From Alloascoidea hylecoeti (Eukaryota): a stretch of 64,000 nucleotides of DNA. Of this stretch, positions 49,278 through 62,186 are shown in pieces. The number at the start of each line of letters is the position of its first letter. Positions within the stretch are counted from its first letter, which is position 1. The notes beneath the pieces are model-generated. The model did no database searches. It was not told the DNA's origin and saw nothing but the letters and a program-made list of their open reading frames with translations. The stretch lies in NCBI GenBank assembly GCA_001600815.1, contig BCKZ01000020.1, forward strand, positions 398,831 through 462,830, in the 5' to 3' direction. Made by a program: the position numbers and the translations under genes.

Positions 49278-49757
49278 ATATAATTTTGAATTAGTTAAAA
49301 GAAAATTTAATATAATAATACATACATTTATTGATAATTAATGAACTTCATTATAATACAATAGAATTGAATAGATGGAGTATTTAAACTTTTGTTTTCA
49401 GCTAGGAATATGAATGTAACGGTGCCTATATAAGTATGACTATGTCCATACATAATGAAAACACTACTATTTATTTTTACTATAGGCACTTTGTAATTTT
49501 TTTTTGGAATGATTATGAGATAATTATATTTATTGCAAAACACAAAAAAGATCTAAGTTGTAGTGTTTTAATAAATAACCTTTTTTTATAGCTTTTTCTC
49601 AAGTTGTGATTCTTGCCATCCTGGAAGTGGCACTAGAAATACATTCTTTTAGAAGACAATATTTGATAGCACTAACCATATCTTTAGAATCATCGTCACC
49701 AGTAGACGATATGAGCAATCAACAAGAAGGATCTAATGACTTAGAGTCAACAATTAA

Positions 49758-49795
49758 AAGAGTGGCAGCCGTTGATGGCATTAAGCGCTAACACT
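49758..49795 (-). repeat. Dispersed repeat family copy 3 (core only)
   Basis: aagagtggcagccgttgatggcattaagcgctaacact versus tagggtggcagccgtttatgacgttaatggcgctaacact at 59735. Confidence 0.65.
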
Positions 49796-49915
49796 ATACC
49801 GTTATGGAGAGGGAGAAGATATATACATTATTTATAGGATGTTGGTTTTATTTATGTTCTTTAACTTAATATATATCAATTTTTATCAGAGAATCGAACT
49901 GTGATTGTATTTGTT

Positions 49916-51205
49916 TTAGTAATAAATAGATCTTGTTTGATGGCATATACTTTTTCCAGATTTATTTTGAAATTGTACTAATTTTGCCGTATCCCAGAGA
50001 TAAAAATCAATAACAATTGAATTTACACAAGATTTCATATCATTTCCATGTTCATTTTCATCATTAATTATTAAGTCGTGAATTTTCCTTCTAATAAGTT
50101 CAACACTCCATATACCTGTGCCTCTAATTTCCATTTCTCTAATGTCACCATTCTTTAGCATCTCATGATTATCTAAAGCAACTCTCAAGTCATCTGAATA
50201 TTTAATACAACCTATATCATGTAAGATTTGTGGCACTCGATAATCGGCAAACATTGTGACTTCATCAATATCATGGAAATTCCCGTATAGTTGACCTTGA
50301 AAACAACCCCATAAATCAGCGATAACAATTTGAACCCTTTTATAAAATTTCACTAAATACATTTGTTGATATTAATTATGATTATTAGATTAATTTGAAA
50401 ATTGAATAAACATACCTTTGATACCGTTATAAACTCCTTCATCTCTAAAATTTGGGAAATTTTCAATAAGTATTTTAATTAAGTTAACAGCAGAATAGTT
50501 TGATAGCTTGATTAAATCAGAAAACTTATTTGTCTTCAATTTATTTTTCATTATATAGCCAACTTCCTTTAAAATATCAAAACGTTCTTTTAACATCGGT
50601 ATATTCTCCTTTGTTTCAGACCTAAATATATATTTGAATAATTCAAAATCAAGCCTATCATCATTATTTTTATTTTTCTCAATCCAAAAATAAGGATTTG
50701 TTATATCAATTTTATCAATTTCAATTGCTCTTTTTATAATTGCAATTAAACTCCAATAGCCAGTATATAATTTTTCATTTAATTTTATTGTAAAACGTTC
50801 AAACTTTAAATTTCCAATCCCATCATCAGCTAAGTCATAATCACTCCAAAAGCTAAAATTTAATAAATCAATAAGAAAGATCCAATTAACTAAAAATTCA
50901 TTATGTTCATCATCATTTTTAGAGTTACTATCATAACTATAATTTAATTCATTATTACTCCATTCATTTAAATATAAATAATTTACTTTTTTGATATTAT
51001 CAGAGTTATTAACATCACCATCATTTTTATTATCGTTAATGTTCAATTTAGACTTAATGCTTTGCTGGGATTTTATTGTAATTTCCTTCATTTGATTATA
51101 GATTTCAACGGCAACTTTTTCACAAGCATCTGTATCAACAGAAACATATTTGGCTTGGCCTGCTATATAATTTGCAGATTCTAAAACTGTAAGATCTCGA
51201 GTCAT
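49916..51205 (-). CDS. QNG1: Queuosine salvage protein (DUF2419, Qng1/C9orf64 family); exons 51205-50416 and 50352-49916
   Basis: DLLNFSFWSD, YTGYWSL, FPNFRDE, G|VKFYKRVQIVIADLW, TMFADYRVPQIL, EMEIRG, IDFYLWD, HQTRSIYY. 63-nt GTATGT...TAG intron. Confidence 0.92.
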
Positions 51206-51713
51206 AATATATCTTTTATATCTTAGATGAAATATGCCATAATTAATAAAATTTTAATAGTTAGTATTTCCGGGTAACATAGTGCTGATTATGGCAATAT
51301 TATCAGGTGACTGGGTGTGTATGCAACTGTATGCGAATCTCTATCTCTATTTCCACAATATGTGATGAGCCCTGCTTTGAGAGAAAATAGTGGCATAAAA
51401 AATATCCAAACATAACAATAAAGATGCAAACCGCAGATCAGCACAAAATAAACACTCAAGTGGCTCTTCTCATGATAAAACGAATAGTCCTTGTGCAGGG
51501 TTTTTATGAGATCCAGCAACAGGACTTTTCATTTTATCTTGACACACTGTATTTGTATTTAATTTGTGTTTGTGTTTGTCATGTTATTATGTTTGGAAAA
51601 AAATTTATGATTGTAACTCTTTTTTCGTAAGCTGCATTCATGTTATAATCAATTGCAAAATGGCAATATGAGTAATATTACAAAGCCTTAGACGTAACGA
51701 ACTTGGCCGATTC

Positions 51714-51870
51714 AACGGCTGCCACCCTACAGTAGAGTACCAGGTACAACCACGTATGTACATCCTCCCAAATTCCAGCCCATTCCATAAGACTTACAAA
51801 TATAAAGTTCCTTATACTATAAATATTTTCAGATTCAATTGCAAAGGCCTGGCCTGGCTGTATCGAACTT
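51714..51870 (+). repeat. Dispersed repeat family copy 4
   Basis: Shares blocks aacggctgccacccta, gtacaaccac, tcccaaattc, tccataagacttaca, tataaatatttt and agattcaa, in order, with the reverse complement of 59605-59750. Confidence 0.8.
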
Positions 51871-52320
51871 ATACTTTTCCGGATCCTGATCCTGTAGCGG
51901 TCTTTGTAAGTTGTGATCCAAAATAGAAACGTAAGTTTAATCTATCTTTACTAAGCTGTTATTATAAAATTAAGCTAAATTACTTTTGATTGGTGCTTCA
52001 ATATTGGTTAAAATATATACTGTATATAATATACCACTATGAAGGAGATTTTACCATTGGTTTACCTAAGAAAAGAGTAAAAGAACTTCAAATAAATCTT
52101 AAAGAGATTTACCGATTTTCAAGAAAAGTATACTAGCTACTAAATATTTACACAGAGAAGAATATTGTAATATCGATATCCATTCACAATTCAATATTAA
52201 ATATGTTTTGATTACTTTTGCAATTTCTTTTATTGATATTTTTGCTAATCGTGTTTCTTAAGCGCTCAAAGATGTCTTCAATAATTAATTAATTACTGTG
52301 GTAAAATACAAAAAATGATA

Positions 52321-53603
52321 TTAAATATTTAATTTGTCGAGATCAAGATTAGAATTTGCATGAGATAAAGATGGAGAGTTTATAAATCTTAGCCAATTTG
52401 AATGGATTATTTTGCTGCCCATTTCCATTTTAATTCCTTTGACTTCGCAGATAAAGTTCAATATATTAATGAGTTGTTTCTGAAGCGTTAAGTTTTTATA
52501 TCCGTAAATACTATGATTAAAAAATCGATTTATATGACAATCAGTTTCAATTAACATATTTTCAATTGGTAGAAACTCAATTAATTCTTTTAAGCGTTCA
52601 TTCTTTTTATCATTTATTTGAATTGAATTTGTTAGATTTACAGAACATGAAAAAGAAAAGAATATTTCTAATTGTGGCATTTGGCGTAATTGTTTACTTA
52701 AAATTATCCATCTGTTTGCTTGATCTATAGAACCAGTATATGAATGGAGGCAAATCGAAGAAATGTAGATATACTCATGATCGTCTGCAAATTTTAAATC
52801 TATTAGAAATGATTTAACTACTTCAAATGTCTTCCCATGGCACATAACTGAATGAATCGAAACAGATTTATTTAATTTTGCTGCTAACGATAATTGTGAT
52901 AAAAACAGTTCAATTTGATGATCCATTGATACACGATATTTTGCAAATTTAGGTTTTTCTTGTTCTCCGGGATCTGGAATGGGTATTGTAGGTAAAATAT
53001 ACCCTGTTTGTGGCAGGCGAAACATTTTATCGATACCTATCTCACCAATAAGTGAAACCGGATGATTCTTAACAAATAAATCAATTTCATTTAAACAATC
53101 TGACCAGTTTAAAGGATCAGGAAGTAATGAAATAAATTCATCGTCAGGAGTTGGATTCAAAATCGAAGTATAATGTGATTTTTTATCAACATTTTTAGTG
53201 CTGGTGGAGTAGAGATGAGACCACCACGGATGTATTCCTATGTCATTAGTATATGAGCAAGATGGGAATTTAGACGGAAAAATAACATACCAAAACCAGG
53301 CACTATACATGGAATATCATCAATAGTATGATTATTCAAGGAGGTCGCCAACTTATTGATGATTGGCCTATCAAAGTCACTAGTCGACATTATGGCAAGA
53401 CAGCCATTATGGTCTAATTCAATCAATTGCGAACACAGGTTGTTGATCTGAAGGTCTGTAAAATCTCTGGAAATATGACAATGAGAATCGTCTACCCACA
53501 GTGAATCTCGATGTATGGTGGCAAACTTAGCTGATGGTTCTATACGGGTACGAGTACCCGTGTCATCAGGCTCGTTTGTAACGATGGGTTTCTTAAGCGT
53601 CAT
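52321..53603 (-). CDS. TatD-family metallohydrolase (Scn1/YMR262W-like), copy A; exons 53603-53291 and 53237-52321
   Basis: DSHCH, PGFG|IHPWW, GEIGID, SIHSV, CLHSYTGS, IETD; 53-nt intron. Confidence 0.87.
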
Positions 53604-54550
53604 AGTTGATGAGTGAGTTGTTTAAAGAACTAGTCAAATTAAATCAGGTCAATAGTTAACAATTGGCAATTCCAAATGATCAATACATATACCGGTAGCT
53701 ACTAATTGTCATTAATAACTTGAAGAATTTTCAACCAACGGAAAGTGTTATTTATGTAATATTTTTTTTATTTTTTACTATAAAATTGAATGGACACTTA
53801 GTGGTAATTCGTCATTAAAAGAACCAAAACGAGAAGTAACAATAATAAAACATGAAATATGCAATGAATCCATATAGTTTTTTTAGTATGAAGTTCCGGG
53901 AAAGAAACATTCCATATAGGCTCAAATCGACTCATTCTTTTAATAAACAACTACTTCTTTTTGGTAGTAAAGACCAGAAGTAATATTTTAGGTGGTTAGA
54001 CTTCTCTGATTCAATTTTGCACCTGAGTGTGATATAAGCTTTTTGTCTGGTTCAAGACCTTTGCTTAATCCGATTACACCTCTAAACACTCTTTATATCC
54101 TCTCCACAGTACCACTTCCAGCTAGTTAGATAGGTTTTCGGATGATAATCAATCACACATACGCCACTTAACAATTGCAAAATGGCAGAACAGATCTGCT
54201 CATCTACCTCTCCTGTTAAGGTCATACTTATAGTTGTAAGTTCAATTATAAGATATACTGTTAAAATTGTCATTTTGTAGGCTAACTAACGCATAAAACC
54301 AATTTAGCGCCAAAACTTATCCGTGTCTCTGCTCCTTGCTAAAAGGACGACAAGTTTGCCCAAATAACAATGGTTTTGCTGCTATCATAGGATTTAGCAA
54401 GCTTAGAGGGCTGTAGTGCCAGTGAAAATAAGAATATGGCACTATCGTTAAAAATACAAATTGAAATAGATAAGAACCGTTCTTGTATTTTTGCTTGCTA
54501 AGGTTGTCTAAGATTTTAGATTTCTAGGGTAGGTTGGGATCGAAATAATG

Positions 54551-55686
54551 TTAAGACTGGGAGTTTATAAACCTTAGCCAATTTGAGTGGATTATTTTAC
54601 TACCATCTTCCAGTGTAATCCCTTTAAGATCACAAATAACCTTTAATATATTAATGAGTTGTTTTTCATTCGTCAAGTTTTCACCACCACTATAGTCATC
54701 ATTATCGTTATTATTGAAAAAATAATCTATGGGATAATCGGTTTCAATTAAAATATTTTCTATTGATAAAATACCAATCAATTCTTTTAAATTTATATAT
54801 TTTTTATCATTTAGTTGAATTGAATTTGATAAATTTATAGCAAATGAAAAGGAAAAGAATATTTCTAATTGTAATGTTTGATGTAGTTGTTTACTTAAAA
54901 TGATCCATCTTTTTGCCTGATCTAAAGATCCTGTATATGAATGTAAACAAATTGACGGAATACTTCTATCACCTGTAGGTGTTAAGTTCATGAAAAATGA
55001 TTTGATTATTTCAAATGTCTTCCCATGGCACATAACTGAATGAATCGAAACAGATCTATGTGATTTTGCTGCTAACGATAATTGTGATAAAAACAGTTTG
55101 ATTTGATGATCCATTGATACACGATATTTTGAAAATTTAGGTTGTTCCTGTTTTTCTAGAGTTGGCCCAATATATCCTGTTTGTGGCAGGCGAAACCCTT
55201 TATCAAGACCTATTTCACCAACAATTGAAATTGGATGTTTTTTAACAAATAAATCAATTTCATTTAAACAATCTGACCAGTTTAAAGGATCAGGAAGTAA
55301 TGAAATAAATTCATCGTCAGGAGTTGGATTCAAAATCGAAGTATAATGTGATTTTTTATCAACATTTTTAGTGCTGGTGGAGTAGAGATGAGACCACCAC
55401 GGATGTATTCCTATAATCAATTAATATATGAAGAACATGAAAATGAGGATCAAAATAACATACCAAAGCCAGGCACTATTAATGGGGTGCCATTATGATC
55501 AACATTATCCTTGTTTAGAGAGGTTGCTAAATTATCAATGATTGGCCTATCAAAGTCGTTGGTTGACATTACGGCCAGACTGCCATTTTTTGTTTCATTC
55601 ACCTGTGAGCAGAGATTGCTGATCTGAAGCTTTGATAGATGTGCCGAAATGTGACAATGAGAATCGTCTAGTTGTAAATCCTTCAT
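54551..55686 (-). CDS. TatD-family metallohydrolase (Scn1/YMR262W-like), copy B; exons 55686-55464 and 55410-54551
   Basis: Same motifs (GEIGLDK) and the same 53-nt intron position as copy A. Confidence 0.87.
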
Positions 55687-55822
55687 TTATTGTCCAATAA
55701 CAGGGAAAGAAGGTTAACATGTGTTGATCTTCATTATAAATTTAATAATTAACGTTTGCGATAAATAACAATCAAACCTTCTTCTACAACCATCATCTGA
55801 TTACTTTAACCCAGTTGCAAAA

Positions 55823-58800
55823 ATGGGACTTATTTTGGTTTCCTTGTAAGTATTACTGCTACGTTCCATCATATTGCGATGACCTATCTCTAACATTTTT
55901 AATTCTTTGCGTCCTCCAGATTCTTACCTCACACCGTGAATTTTGGAATTGAAGATGATGATCGTCGTTTAAATAACACTTCTAGAACTTTTGAAAATAC
56001 AGAAATATTTAAAACTGCTACGATAGTCTCTGATAAAAAGACGCATGTTACCAATTCATCAGCCTCGTCGATATCATCAATTAATCTAGTTAAAAGCATA
56101 CCACCTTATTCAATTCTTCGTCCTGCCTCTTCTCAACCTTCGTCTCCTGCTACAACACCACCTGCAACAGGCTTGAACTTTGCAAATGGTTATTTTCCCA
56201 CAAGACCTCCATTGGTTGGTTCAATTTTGAAAAATGTGTCTAATTCAAATTCAATCACTAGTACCCAGCCGGGTAGCAGTAGAACTTTCATTCGACCTAT
56301 ATCAAAAGCCAAGTCAACTCCTCATGCACCACCTCAAAGTATCGTTGATGAAAGGAAAGTTGCCGAACCGCAATTACCATCCCTGACTTTTAAATCAACT
56401 GGTAGTTTCAATCATATAACCTTAAATAGTAATGCTAATAAAAACAATGACGCACACAATGAAAATATTTTCTCAAAAGCTCCTTATAATATCGTTAAAT
56501 ATCATAAGGGTAATGGTGGTCTCCGTAATGCAATAACAAGAACAGTACAAGAAAATGCAATTGATGAGAATGATATAAAATGGGTTGGTACAATTGGAAT
56601 CCCAACAGACTTATTAAACAGTGATAAGAAACAATCAATTTCTAAAACATTAGATGATGAATATAATGAAATGGCTGTGTTTCCAACAGATTTAACTTTT
56701 GAAGGTGGTTATTATCATTATTGTAAACAAATTTTATGGCCAACATTACATTATCAAATCCCTGATAATCCAAAAGCAAAGGCTTATGAAGATCATTCAT
56801 GGGAACACTATAAATTGTTAAATCAATTGTTTGCAAATAAAGTCATTGAAACTTATAAAGATGAAAATGATATCATTTGGATTCATGATTATCATTTATT
56901 ATTGGTACCACAAATGATCAGAGAAAAATTGCCAAATGCAAAAATTGGGTTTTTCTTACATATTTCTTTCCCATCTTCTGAGGTATTTCGTGTTTTTGCA
57001 TGTAGAAAACAATTATTACTTGGTATGCTTGGAGCAAATTGTATAGGTTTTCAAACTGAAGAATATACAAGACATTTCTTACAAACTTGTAATAGAATTT
57101 TACAAGTCGATGTTACAAAAGATGGTATCATTTCTGATGGTAAATTTATAAGTGTTGTGAATTGTGCTTTAGGTATTGATCCACCAAGTGTTTCATCACA
57201 AATTGTTAGTGAATCAGTTACAAATGCAAGACAACTAATTAGAGAAAGATGGCCTAATCAAACTTTAATCGTTGGTAGAGATAAATTAGATTCAATCCGT
57301 GGTATTAAAAATAAATTATTAGCTTATGAAGAATTTTTAAAATCAAATAATGAATTCATTGATAAAACTGTTTTGGTTCAGGTGTGTTTTAAAGGTAGTA
57401 GAGAAATTGAATTAGAAAGTGATATAATGCAAATTGTTGATAGAATTAATGGTTTATCAAAAAATTTATCATTAAGTCAACCTGTTGTTTTCTTCCATCA
57501 AGATATTGATTTTGATCAATATTTAGCTTTATTATGTGAAGCTGATGCCTTCGTTGTGACTTCTTTAAGAGAAGGTATGAATTTAACATGTCATGAATTC
57601 GTCATTTGTTCAACTGAAAGAAAAGGTTCTTTAATTTTATCAGAATTTACTGGATCAGCAGCAGTTTTAGAACAAGGTGCTTTGTTAGTTAACCCTTGGG
57701 ATAAACTACAGGTATCTGAAGCTTTTAAAGCCGCTTTAACCATGCCTTATGATATGAAATATAAAAGATGGAAATCTTTATCCAATTACGTTGTAACACA
57801 TACTGGTATTAACTGGTGTAGGAAATTCTTAAAACATGTTAATATTGCTTGGATTGAACAAGAGACAAGAAAAGCTAGTAATGTTCCAAAAATCAATTCA
57901 ATATTAAAAGATATTAAAAATAAATATGATGAAATTGGTTTATTATCTTTAAATTTAAATTTAAATCCAAATCCAAATAAGTTACCACCATCTTTTAAAA
58001 GAGTTTTCTTTTTAAATCTCGAATCAAATGCAGTTGTACCAAAAAGTCATTCAAAATCATCAGCTGTTCCGATTTCTCTGGAAAGAAAAATAGCAACTAT
58101 TTCTGAATTGGCATCAGATCCAAATAATATAGTTTATATAACAAGTTATATTAAAAAGGATACATTGGAACGAATTTATAAAAGAATTCCAAATATTGGT
58201 TTGATCGCTGAAGATGGTGGTTATATAAAACCTGCTGGCTCTGATTTTTGGTTATCTATTGTTAATGAAAATGAGTTAGAATGGAAAAAACCGGTTTTAA
58301 AAACAGTCGAATCAATGGTGGAAAGATTACCAGGTTCATTTGTTGAAGTATTTGATTGCTCGATTAGATTTCATACAGGTACTGCTGATGATCAAGAAAG
58401 AGCAAAAGTAACAGTTGGTGAATGTATCAGTCATGTTAATGATTTATTTGCAAGTCAAAATGTTCATGCAAATGTTGTTGATGAAGTTGTTGTTATTCAA
58501 CCACATGATGATTTGGGTTTAAAAGCTGCTCAATGTGCTCTTGATTTAATAACCCAGGGAAGATTAGATCCAACTACTAACTATCATATGTTACCACCAT
58601 CAACAACAACAACACCAATGAATCAACCAGTAGAAGAAATTATGCCTACCAATAGACCATCATCAATTGGTTGGATTTTTGCAGCTGGTGGAACCAATCC
58701 GAATGATGAGCCTATCTTTGATTACATCAATTTAATGCAAAATATTCCAACGGTTACTGTTTCTGTTGCACAAAAATCGGCAACTTCCGCTAGTGTCACA

Positions 58801-58851
58801 AGTGAAGGAGTTAATGAATTGCTTACAATTTTAAAACGTTTAGCATCATAG
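55823..58851 (+). CDS. TPS3: Trehalose-6-phosphate synthase/phosphatase complex regulatory subunit (Tps3/Tsl1-like); exons 55823-55845 and 55920-58851
   Basis: Spliced start MGLILVSL|FLPHTVNF; GT20 motifs YCKQILWPTLHY, WIHDYHL, REGMNL, SEFTG. The HAD domain lacks DxDGT (reads FLNLES), as in regulatory subunits. Confidence 0.85.
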
Positions 58852-59099
58852 TTAAATTTCGTTATCCATGAATTGGAATCGGGATGTTGATCTGAATTTG
58901 AATTGTTTTTTGTTTTTGTTTTTGTTTGTTTCATGTAACACACATTTAGCATGGCAAAGTTCAAAATCAGTATTATTGATTTCAAAGATATTTGATTTAG
59001 TTTAGATAATCATACATAGACTTATAGGAAATTTGAAGTTTTATTGTCTGTAACTAACTAAAACAGTGTACAGTTGCGCTTTGGGGAACTACCTATTCC

Positions 59100-59321
59100 A
59101 AAGAGTCAAAGACTCTAAGAACCTTTCCGAATACACATGGATATGGAACATTTTCGGTGCGTAAAAGGCCTTTTTGAGAAAAACCAAAGGCAAAGAGGAT
59201 ACGGCTTAAGGATATATTGGAGTGATCCCAGAAAGTTTGGGATGATGCTATATTTAGTGACGGATGTTTGTTAATATTTTTGATAAAGTTCGCTCCTGGA
59301 TTTGGATCTGGAAAAGTATAT
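59100..59321 (+). mobile_element. Tc1-like transposase relic
   Basis: Single frame KESKTLRTFPNTHGYGTFSVRKRPF*EKPKAKRIRLKDILE*SQKVWDDAIFSDG...GSGKVY matches the Tc1 pattern TVRRxLxxxGY..ARKKPxL..RL..W....W..VIFSDE. Confidence 0.6.
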
Positions 59322-59604
59322 GCTCTGCAAATCATTAGAATAATAATACTATAACAAACTTCAGATAAAGCAATAATATTATATAATCCCTTTATCCTAG
59401 CCATTTATTCATAACAACTGATGTACTGACACTTATGTTTATGATTCATCGATTGTCCCGCCTTAACCCTTGCTAATACATCGGTTAGATAGTTTCGACA
59501 TTCTATATATAAACGAGGGTTAATCCCGCTTCTTCTGGATAACCTCAACCCTTTTTATAGTACAGCTCTTATCTTTCACTTTCACAAATCTATAATTTAT
59601 ATGC

Positions 59605-59880
59605 TCGACCACAGTCCAGGGATTTGATTTGAATCTCAAAATATTTATAATAAGAGGAAGTCTGGGGATGTATTACTCTGTAAGTCTTATGGACTAGAAT
59701 TTGGGATGGTGGTTGTACTTCACTCAGTTCACTATAGGGTGGCAGCCGTTTATGACGTTAATGGCGCTAACACTAAATACTAAACTCAAAATGTCATTTC
59801 ATATAGGCTAGCTATTAGAATTTCTAGAATCTATGTGATTTTATGGTATGTTAGTTTAAGGTCTTATGGATTAATCAGGA
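59605..59880 (-). repeat. Dispersed repeat family copy 5 (longest, about 280 bp)
   Basis: Overlaps all four other copies; core TAGGGTGGCAGCCGTT at 59735-59750. Confidence 0.8.
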
Positions 59881-62186
59881 TTACTCAATGGCATTTCCTG
59901 GGAGGGTGACCCGAAAAGAAGGGCAGCTTTTGACCAGACTGTATACGGGTATAACTGTAGAATTTATGGTCCCATCAATGCATACAACAACAAAAAAACG
60001 TTTTCAAAACATTCTAAGATATTAATAATCATACTTTAAATTTAAATTTGATTATTGTCCAGAGCAATATCAATGTTGTAGCAATATTTATATGACATTA
60101 ACTCCAGGTTACTTAAACTAGAATATAAATCATGATATCTGTATAATTGATTAGGTTAAATTGTAACCAGATGATTCTGATATAGCTAGAGTTGCAATAC
60201 TGGAAGCCCCATATATATAGTATATACTATATTTGGACTCAATTGATATCTCAAACGTAAAACAGCTTTAATGCAACCATGTCTCTATATTGTATTGGTA
60301 AGACGTGTACGTGTAATAATTGTGAAAACAATGATTAACCCTAAGCCAGTATTAATAATTTAATATCGCCATATGTAAGTTATATGCCTACCTATTATAA
60401 TATATTTCATTAATTACAGACGTTTATAATTAAATAAATAATAATAAAATATTAATATTTTACTTAAGAATGCATGCGTCATTTCAATTGTAATTCCAGA
60501 ATCAATTAATAGTTGCATTATTTATGCTGCAATTCGAGCTATATCTTCTTTAAGCTTAAAAGGATTTTTGTATAGCTAAATTAACGTTAAAACAGTTTCA
60601 AATTTAGCATTAAATGAAACTAAACTGACTACCGTTTAGTATTATATAATTAAACAGAGCTCAATGAATCTCAATATGCACAAAACTTCAGTGGCCATGA
60701 TAAATATGCGATAATAATCGAATTTATCGTATTTACTATGTTTAATTTATTGCAACTACGTAATACGTATACACAAAATGAAGTAAGAACAAAACTACAT
60801 TTTCACCAATTTAAATTTAAACGAGATAGTTAATTTAATATAAAATTGCTTTGCTTATTGTTTAATTAATTGCATTAATATTGCAATCCAAACGAAAAGA
60901 CATGTCAAAAACTCTACCTAATTAATTACAACTAAACGTTTCTGCATGTCCTATATTTTTAGCAAGGAAAATGTAAGGGGAAAATTTTTAATTATGCATA
61001 TACAGCTACATGCATATATTAGTCGGGTCTTTTTATTTTGTTGGACATCTAGAAAATTTTAGACTATGATTATAATTAACTTTAATTGGTTTTATATTGA
61101 GATCTTAAAACTTTGAAACTACTTATAATTTATAAGTTGAGAAGATCATTTAAATATGTTGTAGTGTTTTGTTCATAGACATGATATTATCATTCATTAT
61201 TTATATTTCAATAATCAGATTAAAGCCATACTTATTAATATGAGGATACAATACTGAAAACTGACAATCACATCTCTATTATATGTATGTACTTTTTTTA
61301 TATAAATTGCTAATATTTAGATTACTCGAAGCTAAATCATTTCTGATATTTAACTAGTACTAAGTTATCTGTTTTAAAGCTTAACCTTATTCATATAATT
61401 ACATAACAAAACAAGGCCTAGGAGTATAAATCAGCTTTAAAGAATTATTAGCTACAACATTCAATTCAATTCCAATTGCTACTCACTAGTGTAAGATCTC
61501 ATATCTGCCAGGAGAATGTTTTTCATATCTAACTTTTATGATTGAGCTTCTAGAACATACAAAGACTAGTTCAAAAAAGATCAAATGAAAACATTCATAT
61601 CATATATTATAATCAACTAAATAGAGTAATATAGTAATATTAATAGTAATGGCATAAGCAGAATTATGAATTTATGATAAATTTAAATGAATATATGTAG
61701 GTGTTTATATAAAAATACTATCAACAATAGCAACAATTACGAACAAGTCATCAATTACAATGAAAAAATAAAATATAATAATATATAATAATGATAATAA
61801 TATAATAATAATGATAATAATAATAATATAGTATAGGATATATTGTATAGGGTAAATGTTGCAGGTTGTTCTTTATGCTTTGTGCTGATGTTCTGTTAAT
61901 AGCTACAATAAATAATTCTTTTTTCTTTATTTAAATTTATAAATATCATAAATCATTCAACATTCCTTAAATATATATGTATTAACAGTTTTAACTCAAA
62001 AACTTATTCGCTTATTTACTTTTTTAGTTAATTTTTTTTTTTTTTCTTTTCCTTTAAATCTTTTTCTCCTCATAAATATAAATCAATAGTATAGGAAACT
62101 TTCAAAGGATACCCCAGTTTCATTTAATCATAATTTTCCTATATATTTTTAATCAATTGCTTGCAAATTTTAAAAAATCTTAAAGA

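Noticed and set aside
54060..54273. YHPKT..GTVERI resembling the integrase motif YHPQxNGxxER
   Set aside because: Spacing is wrong, a frameshift is needed, and there are no other convincing motifs; may be chance
59093..59404. 103-aa minus-strand ORF
   Set aside because: No recognisable domain; the opposite strand carries the Tc1-like relic
60000..62186. 2-kb AT-rich gene-free stretch as a possible centromere or origin
   Set aside because: No CDE elements or repeat structure; compatible with a long 3' UTR or intergenic DNA
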